Source: Octopus vulgaris (taxonomy: Eukaryota). From it: a stretch of 64,000 bases of DNA. Both the position numbers and the translations under genes were made by a program. Numbering within the stretch: the first letter of the stretch is position 1; each line of letters opens with the position of its first letter. Below are positions 24,901 through 37,200 of this stretch, piece by piece. The notes below the pieces were generated by a model. That model did no database searches, was not told the origin of the DNA, and worked only from the letters and a program-made list of their open reading frames with translations. The stretch covers positions 103,168,001 through 103,232,000 of the forward strand of contig OX597820.1 of assembly GCA_951406725.2 (NCBI GenBank), written 5' to 3'.

Positions 24901-27900
24901 AATGGTTAGAGCGTCAAGCTTACGATCGTGAGGTTGTGAGTTCAATTCCTGGATTGGGCTGTGTGTTGTGTTCCTGAGCAAGATATTTTATTTCACGTTG
25001 CTCCAGTTCACTCAGCTGTAGAAATGAGTTGCAACGTCAAAGGTGCCAAGCTGTATCTGCTGTTGCCTTCCCTTTGGATAACATTAGTGGCGTGGAGAGG
25101 GGAGGCCGGTATGCATGGGTGACTGCTGGTCTTCCATAAACAACCTTGCCCGGACTTGTGCCTGGGAAGGTAACTTTCTAGGTGCAATCCCACGGTCAGT
25201 CATGACCAAAGGGGGTCTCAAATGATGATAATGACAGTGATATATGACAGGCTTTTAACACATTCATTCAAAAGGCTTTGATTGACTGAGGGCTATAGAA
25301 GGCGGCACTAGTTGTCACACAGTAGGACTGAACCCAAAACTTTGTGATTGGGAAGCACACCGCGCTGCCATGCTGACACCTATACATATAAATGTGTGTG
25401 TTCCGGTTTTGTTTTTTTTTTGTTCTTGCTTTAGTATCTTTCCTATTAGTGCAATATTTAGACTTTTAGTTTTTGGCATGCTCAATAATAAAGCCAGCCA
25501 ACAAGTTTAACAATGGGAACACTTATGTGTTAGAAAAGAAAGCATTTATTATGTGTGTGAAACAACTTTTGGCAAACAAAATGTGTGTGTGTGTGCGCAT
25601 GCATACGTGCAATTGACAGTGCATTAGAATGGCTTCTTTTACCTCCTTTCAGCAGGCCTTGCATTAAGCTTAAAGATTTTTTAGGTGAAGGCAATAAAGA
25701 GGTGTTTTTTTTGTTTTGTTTTGGGTTTTTTTAACTTTCTTTTCTTGGTAATGAGCTTTATGCATGAGATTAAATCGTCAGAAAACATGTTTGCAAGCCA
25801 AATTATAACTATGTCCCAGAAATAAATCAGCACTTAACAGTACCATTAAAATATTGCTTACCTTTTTATTGTTCTTTTTATATAATAATATATAAGTATG
25901 TGTGTGTCCACTACTTTGTTAAAATGCAAGATGTATGTATAACATATATATATATATATGTATATGTATATATAGTTTATTTTGTTTTTTATTTTCTTTA
26001 TTAGGTCAACAGAACCAGCCATCACATGGCCACATGGCAAACCTCTGGCCTGGAGAATTAGATCTTCAAAATAATATAAATGACAGTATGTCAGTTAATT
26101 TATTACATTGTCTATCACTTATTCATATTTACACATTCATAGTAATTTTTTCCCCAGTTTTAGAGCTCAAGCTATCAGCAGAGTCAAGCTGCAGTCATTA
26201 ATGAATGGCCAAAATGAAAAGCAAGCATGAGAGAGAGTCGGGAGGAGGATACAAGAGAGATAAGGGGAGAGAGAGAGAGAGCTCTTGTTTTGAAATACCA
26301 TTATTACTTGTGTTATTATTATTATTATTATTACTTGTGTAATTATTATTATTATTACTATAATCAATAAAGACCTAATTAAATCCTTTAATTTTGACTC
26401 TGTATATTCTAAGATCAAACCCTTGTAGGAGCTGACCTTGTGTTTCCCCAGTCATATGGTAGGGTTGACTCAGTTGCCTATATTCATCTTTCTAAGTTAA
26501 TAATTCTCGTTAATGTTATTGTTTATATTGTAATTAAATCTATAATTATTGATAGTTTATTATTAAATTACTTTCAGATTACATTCTGATTTTAAGTTCT
26601 CTTGTGACTTAATACCTGTCAATGATTACGACTGTCTTGATTGACTGTACCTGTCCCACTATTTTATGGCCATGTACCCAATGTTAGAAATTACTACTGT
26701 TGTTGTTTTTATGTTCTGAGTTCAAATTTACCTTTCCATTTGGGATCCATAAAACAAGGTAAAAGTCAAGTATCAGGCTTGAGATAATTGATTAACCTTC
26801 TTCAGCAAAATTTCAGGCTTTATGCCTATGTTAGAAACACTAGAGGGCAGTGGAGTGGGGGAGTCATTAGTGCATTGGAAAAAAAGGGTTTGCAGCATTT
26901 ATTCTGGCTTTTTACAGTCTAAATTCAGATCACTCCAAGGTCAATTTTGGGTTTGATAAAATAAAGTACCCGTCAAATACTCAGGCTTGGGGGTAATTGA
27001 CTACTCCCCCACTCACCTACCCACTCCTGCAAATTTCAGGCCTTTAGGCTATGTTAGAAATAATTATTATTTTCAAGCAGCAAGCTAATAGAAGGGTTAG
27101 TACACGAGAGGAAAATGCTTAAAAACATTTCTTCCAATTTTTTGCATTCCGAGTTCAAATTCTGCTGAGGTCGCCTTTGCTTTTCATCTTTCCAAGGTTG
27201 ATAAAATAAGTACCACTTGATCACTGGGGTCCATGAAATCGACTGCTCCCATCCCTAAAAGTACTGGATTTGTGCCAAAATTTGAAACCACACAGCAAAC
27301 AAAATAATTAGTGGCATTTCATCTGTCCTAAACGTTCTAAGTTTAAATTCCTTTGCCTTTCATCCTTTCGGAGTCGATGTAATCAATAGCCCCATTCCCT
27401 CAAAATTGCTGATAGTATGCTGAAACAAGAAAGAATTATTATTGTGGCTGCAAGCTAACAGAATCGTTAGCATTCCAGACAAAATGCTTAGCAGCATTCC
27501 GCTGAGGCCAGTTTTACCTTTCATCCTCTTGGGGTTGATAAATTAAGTACCGGTTGAATACTGGGGTCGATGTAATTGACTCTCCCCCTCCCTCTAAATT
27601 TTAGTCCTTGTGCCTATAGTAGTAAGGATTATTATCATCATTATTATCATTGAGTTCCTTCATTAGGCCTCATGGAGGCAACATGGCTGTGTTCCTTTTG
27701 AGTGTGGGGCCTCACGGAGGCAATGACCAAGACCGTTGGCATTATGTCATGCTTGAGAAGAAGATCCATCAAGCCGAGCAAAATCGTAATCGTAGCATAT
27801 ACTGGTGTCTTGCAGTGGCATGTAAAAGCATCCATTACACTCTCGGAATGGTTGGCATTAGGAAAGGCATCCAGCCATAGAAAACTCTGCCAAATCAGAC

Positions 27901-30735
27901 TGGAGCCTGCAAATCCAGCACACCAGCCCAATCAAACTGTCCAACCCATGTCAGCATGGATAACGGACGTTAAATGATGATGACGATGTTGATGATGAAT
28001 TGCTATTATTAGTATTATTATTATTGTTAGTATTAAGGCAACAAGCTGGCGGAATCATTCGCATGTCAGGCAAAATGTTTAGCAGCATTTTGTCAGTCTT
28101 GATGTTCTGAGTTGAAATTCTGCCATGGTCGACTTTGCCTTTCATCCTTATGAAGTCGAAATAAGTATCAGTTATGCACTGGGGGCAATGTAATCAACTA
28201 ACCCCCACCCCCAAAATCTCAGTGCCTATAGTAGAAAGAATTATTATTATTATTATTATTGGTTTCAAATTTTTGACATAAGGCCAGTAGTTTGGTGGGA
28301 GGGATAAGTTGATTACATCAACCTCAGTGTTCAACCCACAAAAAGGATGAAAGGCAAAATTCCACTGAGCTTAACTTTGCCTTTCATCTTTTTGAGGTCA
28401 ATAAAATAAGTGCTGGTCAAGTACTGGGATCAATATAATTGACGAGCCCCCTTTCTAAAATTTCAGGTCTTGTACCTATATTTGAAAGGATTTTTATTAA
28501 TGACAGATGAGCAGTAAATGGGGGAAAATCTTTAAAGTATTGGGTAACTACTTCACAGTAATTATTCCAGTTCTTTGTGCTCTGGATTCAAACCTTGCAG
28601 GAGTGAACGTTGCCCTTCATCCACCCAGAGATGATAGATAAAGTACTTGTCGAGTACTTGGATCAATATAGTCAACAGTTCCCTCTCCCAAGCTTAGTCC
28701 CTATGTTAGAAATCATTAATAGCAGAAGGGGAGCAGATCAGGAGGAATTACAACCGTGTTTCGTGGTCTGCTACCTCAACAGCTCCTTTATAGGATCCAG
28801 TTAGCTCAAGACATCATCAGGAGGAACCATGTCCGGTTTCGGTCCCTACTTCTCTACTGTTTTGATGTGCCCCCCTCCCTTTCGGAGGTGTCTTCAGCTC
28901 TGGTGTTGGGTGCATGTCTTCTTTCTTCTGTTCCCTGGCCTCTTCGATGTATCGTCAGCGAGTTTCAGCCGGTGACTGACTGTCTTGTCAAATTTTTCCT
29001 TTTAAATACCTGCCGCATTGGCTCCAGCAGGCAGCCCCACCAAGTTGTCACGTGACACTGTCTCACCTTAACTGACTAGTGAAGGCGTGTAGTTTTAGCC
29101 CGCGCTTTTTCTAAATGGCCGTCACCTGTCAGTCAGCGAAGCTGATTCAGTCAGCTCGTCTCACCTAATGATGTTATTTCCCGTTGGCATTCTCTTATGA
29201 CTTTCAAGCCATTTTCAGTCTTCCCGCTTCAGCCATATATAGAAGCTGGCTTTTTCGACTGCCTCCTGTACTCTCCTTATTAGTTTACGCAGCTCGGGTC
29301 TAGAAAAAACAAATCTTCTTTTGAAAATCATTAGACCCAGCACTGGATTAACCATTAAGCAAAATAAGCATGTGCTTAGGGCATCAAGGGAAGAAGGGGA
29401 CACCACAGAAATGATAAATGGCTTACTGCACAAAAGTAATCACTTTAAACTTGCTAAAATAATATCCGGGATGCCTTTATCTCTACTAAGTATAGATGCA
29501 GATGTGTTACCTAATTTATTTTGAGGATCTGATCAAAGACTTTGCAATTCAAAAAAGTAGGAGGAAACTTTTCAAATATAAATAAAGTGGAAGATACAAA
29601 AATAAACATTATTTTCCCTCTTACTGTTTTGTTTCGTTTTGAAAAATAAAAGTTTATTTTATGGTTTGTTATTGTTTATATTTTGAATTACATAATCTTT
29701 TATGAGGGCACCAAAATCTTTTAAGTGCTTAGACCCTCGATGGGTCTTAATCCGGCCCTGATTAGATCATACAAGACATGTCCTGTGCATTTAATTACAT
29801 TCTTTTATATTATAAATTCATGTCTCACTGAGGTCTACTTTACTTTCATCTTCCCTGAGTCGATAAAATAGTGCTGACTATAACTATAACATTCTCTTTA
29901 TAATTTAGGACTTTGTGGCTTTTTTTTTTTTTACTAATAATTCTGTAAATTCAACTAAAGATTGTGCAGGATTTCATTCAATTTTTTTTTCTTTTACTGT
30001 ATGTGTTTAATCTCTTCCAAAGTTGATTTTATGTATTCATTTTACTTTGATTTTAGTCTGTTAAGCTTTTAAAATTTTTCAGTGAAACAATATCTTTGAT
30101 TGATTTTTAAATTAAATTTAATGGAAGGTGTGTGTGTGTAATACATATATATTTGTGTTTTTTAAATATGCATATTCATGTTTATGTATGTATATTTATG
30201 TGTTTGTATGTATATTTGTGTGTATGTATGTATATTTGTGTGCATGTAAGTATATTTGTGTGTATGTATGTATATTTATGTGTGTGTATATATGTATATT
30301 TATGTGTGTGTATGTATGTATATTTATGTGTGTGTATGTATGTATATTTATGTGTGTGTGTATAGGTATATTTATGTGTGTGTATGTATGTAGATATGTG
30401 TATATGTATATTTGTGTATGTATATTTGTGTGTGTGTATGTGTGTATATTTTTGTGTATATGTATGTATATTTGTGTGTGTGTGTGTATGTATATTTGCG
30501 TGCGTGTATGTATGTATATTTATGTGTATATGTATGTATATCTGTGTATGTATGTATATTTATGTATATGTATGTGTATTTATGTGTATGTATGTATATT
30601 TATGTGTATGTATGTATTTATGTGTATGTATGTATATTTATGTGTATGTATGTATTTATGTGTATGTGTATGTATTTATATTTATGTATATATATATATG
30701 TGTGTGTATGTAAATAAATATGTGTGTCTGTATGC

Positions 30736-30767
<32 letters not shown>

Positions 30768-31047
30768 ATATATGTCTATATTATGTGTGTATGTATATAT
30801 ATATATATATTTGTGTGTGTGTATGTATATATATTTGTGTGTGTGTGTATATATATATATATGTGTGTGTGTGTATATATATTTGTGTGTGTATGTGTAT
30901 ATATATATATATATGTGTGTGTATATATATTTATGAGTGTGTGTGTGTATATATATATATATTTACATGTATATATATTTATATGCATGTATGTATATAC
31001 AGTAGTTCCTTAGTTTTCGAACAACTATGATCACAAATAAATCATGC

Positions 31048-31092
<45 letters not shown>

Positions 31093-31226
31093 CACGGTTT
31101 ATTCATGATCAGAGTTGTTCAAAAACTGAGGTACTACTGTATTTATATATGCATATGTATATATGTATTTATATGCATGTATCTATATATATGTGTGTGT
31201 GTATATATATATGTGTACTTGTATAC

Positions 31227-31258
<32 letters not shown>

Positions 31259-34200
31259 AAAGGGCTTAGTAAAATAAATTACTTTGCCGCATACTGAACT
31301 CATTAGAAATAGCAGCCAAAAAAACTTTTTTAAAAACTATTTCCAATACTTAAAGAAAACCTCTCTCATATAGTGTTTGCTCAATTCAACTCACAAAAGT
31401 ATGGGGGTAGAGACATTAAAAAATCAAATGCAAAGGTTATTTGAGAACGTACGTTTCAAGATTAGTCAAAATCGACACTTCTATCATCAGTTCTGAGCTG
31501 ATGATAGAAGTGTCGATTTTGACTAATCTTGAAACGTACGTTCTCAAATAACCTTTGCATTTGATTTTTTAATGTCTCTACCCCCATACTTTTGTGAGTT
31601 GAATTGAGCAAACACTATATGAGAGAGGTTTTCTTTAAGTATTGGAAATAGTTTTTAAAAAGTTTTTTTGGCTGCTATTTCTAATGAGTTCAGTATGCGG
31701 CAAAGTAATTTATTTTACTAAGCCCTTTTATATAATGTAATAATTTGAATTCGCCTTAAATGGTCCCTTTGTATATACTGAATACTTGGTGAAATTGATT
31801 AATTAATTAATTTTACCCTCAATTGTTGAAATTATATATATATATATATATATATATACATACATATATATATGCACACATACTTGTTCTTGAGGAGACC
31901 TATTGAGTCAAGTACGTCAATATCAAAATAAAAATCAAATGGAAATTCCAGTTAAGATACCCATGCCAGTGGCATGTAAAAAGAAAGCACCATCCAAACG
32001 TGGCTGTTGCCTGACTAGCGTCCGTGTCAGTGACACGTAAAAAGTACCAACCGATCGTGGCCGTTTGCCAGCCTCCTCTGGCCCCTGTGCCGGTCACACG
32101 TAAAAAGACCCACTACACTCACGGAGTGGTTGGCGTTAGGAAGGGCATCCAGCTGTAGAAATACTGCCAGATCAGACTGGAGCCTGGCGCAGCCTCCTGA
32201 CTTCCCAGACTTCCATCAAACCCATACTAGCATGGAAAACGGACGTTAAACTTTTGATTGATATATATATATTTGCATATGTATGTGTATATATTTATAT
32301 ATATATATATTCATGTGTGTGAATGAATGTATCTGTGTGTGTGCATGTGTATGTATAAATATATATATATAGGTCCATATATTTTCTTTTTCAGTGTACT
32401 GTAACACCGGATGTGCTAACAGTTGGTTAGCTGACCGTTACTGTGATCAAGTAAGAAATTTACCTTGAAATCTGTTTTTATATTTATCTCTAGAATGTTT
32501 ATAGAATATTTAATAAAACATCAAGAAAGCCCTCGCCTCTTTAACATTTTTTACCCACCCAAACCACTTCAAAATTATTAGGTATTTGTCTACTTATATT
32601 CTTCATAATAGTTTTTGTTTCTGCTTATAATTTTAACTCGATTGATATTGAATTTATTTTGTATATATGTATATACAGTATATTATATATAACAGCCATT
32701 GCAAGAATTATCATCTCTTGTAGACTTCTTGTTTTTCTTGGCCTCCTTTTCCTAGTATGCTGGCTCCCTGCTCTACCTCTTCCCAAGGCCTGGTCTCCTT
32801 TGTTGAGAAATTGGGGTCTCACTGATGTGTTAGCTCAAAGGGAATGGCCTACATGAATTTGGATGTCAGATTTTACTCCAAGATTATATGTAATCATTTA
32901 AAAAAAGGTATTCCTATCTCCAATAGCAAGATGATTCCTCTTAATCCAGTATCCTCTTCATGTGTTCACTGATGTCCCTGTATCTGATCTCATTAACATA
33001 TTACTCATGTTTAGTGAAAGCAAAATATTGGTTTGTATATTAAATGAAATTTACCTCTGGAACAAGTTATAAAGCCAATGTCTGCAACCCATTAACCCCT
33101 GGTCTAATTTATTCCCAATAAAACACTTAAGAAAATACTTCCTAATAAAACACTTAAAAAAATACTTCCCAATAAAGTACTTTGAAAAACATTAGATCTC
33201 TGTTAATCTATTATTTCACCTAACTACGTACATTAATATAGTAAATTATTTGTTCTCTGCTCTTTTTTTTTCTTTTTCCTTGTTTTAGAGTTGTAATGTA
33301 TACTCCTGTGGTTTCGATATTGGTGACTGTGGTCTTAAAAATTTCAATGAAATACACAAAATTGAACTTTTGCCTGCTCAGAGAGTTTACCGTGTTCCTC
33401 CAAGTGAGTACAACAATCTTTCAGATACAAGGAAATCATATTACAGTTTTTATTTTGAAGGTTACAGTTTGATTTCATAGAGGACTTTTAAGTTGAAGAC
33501 CATGGACAATTTCCGAAAGTTTTTAGCATAGCAGTGTTACAGGGAAACATTTCTTGTTTGGGACGAGCTCTTCAAGCATGGAAGTACCAATAGCTGAACC
33601 TGCCCAAGATGCATGCAGGGAAACAAAACCACCCTGTATGCAATTGTTTAGTGTCTGCATTAGGCAACTTATGGACTTATATTGAGCAGCTTCTGTTTCA
33701 TGTAAAATGAATCCAACTGTCTCCCAAGTGTATAATGAAGATTGGCTTACGCCTTTCGTTAACAAAAAAAAAGGAAGCAGATCTTTCTCTGCTTAGTGAG
33801 TGGCAAAAGAGGCTGTGTGGAGGACCCATCCGAAAGGTTTAGTTTCTTCAAATGTCATTTGATGAGGAAGATAAGGGTAGAGATGGAAATGCTGCCTTTT
33901 AGTGTGTTTGTCAAAAGGTGGACCAGAGTGGCAAGACTGGTGAGGTTGAATGGATCTACTCTGAGCATGCTTTTGTAGGTAGGAAGGAAGAAACTGGAAG
34001 ATAACACTTACCATGCCATGGAGATGTAAAGTGGTCCAGAACTTCTGTGTGAGGTTTACCTTGAATTACCTGAAGTGGACTACCCTGCTATTGAGGAAGT
34101 AATCAACTCGCTCTCTTCCACAAACTTTCAGGCCTTGTGCCTATAATAGAAGGGCTTATTATTATTTTTTTTTTGTTACTTGCATAAACTGTCTGTAACA

Positions 34201-37200
34201 AGTATACCCATTACATTAAAATGATTGCAGATGCTGCTATTTTAGCCAATTGAGGTTACTACCTTTACCTGGGGTTGCTTAGGGAGTAAGATCAACTATG
34301 ACTAAGATTTATTTTATCAGCAAAGGGTGAAAATAGAAGGCAAAACCAATCAACATTCATCTTGGATGAAGTTAAACACTATGTAGCATTTTGTTTACTG
34401 CTTTACCATCTTTACTTACCTTCCATGTTATCTAACATTTTTCTGTCCAGGTAAAAACCTTGTGTACTTCAACCTAACAAATGCAATAAACCTGTTTGGA
34501 GAAGTAACATCAGCTAAGATGGACAAAGAGGAGTTGGTGAGAAAAGCAGCCATTTCCCTGCACTTCAAAGTGATGACAATTATCCTGTATTTAAACCATT
34601 CAGAAACAACTATTTCTTGCAACATAACATTCCATAATAAAGTCCTTAATGCTACCAATAAGGTAAGTTCAGCTTCTTGTCATCATCATCATCATCATCA
34701 TCATCAGCATTGCCATCACCTCCATCATCAATGTGTCACCACCATCGTAATGATTTACACTGCCATTACAATTGCCTATGCCATCACCACCACCGCCATC
34801 ATTACTGTAATCTTCGATACTGTCACTATCCTTGTCATCACCTACCCCACCATCATCATCTTCATTACGAACATCTTCTACACCACCACCACCATCTTTG
34901 TGATCACATCATCGCCATCATCATTGGCCACCAACACCACCTCCATCATCATTGTGATCACTTTCACCCCCACCACCACCGTCAGCAGCATCACTGATCA
35001 TTTACACCACCATCATCATGATCACTTATCGTCGCTATCATCATTTGGGTAGTAGCATTACAGAAACCTTTGAGTCTTGTGATATATAGTTTGAAAGTGC
35101 TGCTTATGAACTCTACTCATTTCTCAATTCTTGGATAGGTAGGTTCCTGTCGGATTGCACTGTGGCCACGTGTGTGGCCAGAAATCTTTCTATGCCTCAT
35201 TTTGTCACCAGTGACTTGCCTCATGGTTCACTTTTGTCACTCACTAACTTGCCATCTTACCCAACAATGCCCATTCTAACACAGATGATACTGCCCTATA
35301 TTCCTCCCTAACATTCTCCATCACCTATTTGCAACCTAGACGTCACATGATAAGCCGACACTGGTCTTGTAGAACAGAGATACAGCAATTTTGGAACAGA
35401 GATCTTGGAAGCTTCCTCCAATGGAGATATATAAATCTTGTCTCTTTCAATAGCAAATAAACACAAATGTTCATATCACAAAAATGCATCATTGTACAAC
35501 ACCCCTGCTTAATCGGTAACGGCACTCAACTCTAGCTCTCATAATTGTCCCAGTTGTTGGGTCCTACTACCACTGAGAATCTCTCCTGGTGAAAGCACGA
35601 CCTTAACATAGCTAGGACCACATCCCAACAACTAGCTCTTCTCTTCATGACCAGGAGATCATTCAGTTCCCTACAACTATTATTAGTGTTCTACAATGCT
35701 CAGGTGAGACCCCGAATGGTGTATTGCTCTCATATCTTGAATAATACTGATGCTGCACTCACAGACATCCTGGCCTGCATCTAGAAAAGATCCACCCAAA
35801 TAATCAGTATAAAGTCTCTTACAGACATGCTCCAGACTTTTACCTACAGGCATGCTATCTCCTGTTCTTGCCTTTTTATTTTACCTCGAGTATAATGGCT
35901 TATGCTCCTTGGAACTGCTAGGCTCATACCACCTCCACTCTGCAATTCCTGTCCCATTTGTTTCCCCTCCTCATATCACCTTTGATGTGTCCACAAGTTC
36001 AGCTCTCACACAAATCATTACACTCAGTCCTTTCTTCCCAGAACATTGGTCCTCTAGAATTCTCTACCTGCTCATGCCTTTCCCTCAGGTATCAACTTAC
36101 AAAAGATTCAAGTGGAACATTAATAGCATCAGGGTCACAAGTACTGCCCTTTCAACTAAATCCAGAAAGAAAAAAATCAAATTATCCATATCAGCATCAC
36201 TGCCACCACCACCACCATCATCATCACCATCATAAATATTACCAACACTGTCACTCTAATACTGCTATATTCTATGATGCTCATATATAAGAGGATGTTA
36301 AAAAGCTCCTGGTTTGGGGGAAAAGAAAATACAAGAGGATCAGTTAATTACAATTTTATTCAACATATTACTCTCTCAGATTCACACACTTATTGCTGTG
36401 GTCCTTCAGTTTTGCTAAGCCCTGTAAAAGAACTGAGAAGGATGGGCCTCCAACCAGGCCGTTTGCAATACCCTTAAAGCACCTCTTCATACAGTTAAAC
36501 TGTCTAAAGACAATTGTGAAGATCATTTAAACTTGAAATTTTTTGTTAGCTTTATCTTTAGGTAGGGTGGGTCCCTTGGTTTTGTATATGTTCAGTGAGA
36601 TTGACTTTGCTTTATTTCCTTCTGAGTATTGGGGTGATTGAGTCAATTGTGTCCTCTCCATAAATGCATGGCTTGGTGACAATGTAAGCAATAATTGGGA
36701 CAAAATTCCTTGATATATTTCTTCCAGCACTTTACATTTTGAGTTCAAATGCTGCTGTGGTCAATTTTGCTTTATATCCTTCTGGGGTCAATAAAATAAA
36801 GTACCAGTCAAGTACTGGAGTTGTATTAGATCAAACCCATCCCCTCAAAATTATTGGTTTATGACTAAATTAGACGCAATTGTTATGGCTATTTTGGTAA
36901 TATTACAAAATCCTCAGTGTCAGAGAAAGTGCTCTGTGATATTTAGTTACAACTCTTTACATTCTGAGTTCAATTCCCACAGATGTCTTTCAGGATTAAC
37001 TCTTTTGATACCAACCCACCTGTAACCACCTCTGGGTCTTTGGTTCAAACTTCCTGTTTTCAAGTGATCTAAATGAGACGCTTCCAACAAAATTTCATAT
37101 TTAAGTTCCAAATAACTGTTATTTTAATAAATTCTTCATTTTTTAAAAAATTAATTGCTATAAAGGCAGTATATTTGGACACAAATATGGTAACAAAAGG

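Noticed and set aside
30128-31030. 300-aa ORF and overlapping C/V/Y/M/I-rich ORFs (also 5363-6060)
   Set aside because: These are translations of TG/TA microsatellites that simply lack stop codons.
34663-35052. His/Thr-rich ORF extension suggesting a metal-binding or mucin-like protein
   Set aside because: Read-through past a strong GTAAGT donor into a (CAY)n tract; the spliced GNPTAB frame continues at 38361.
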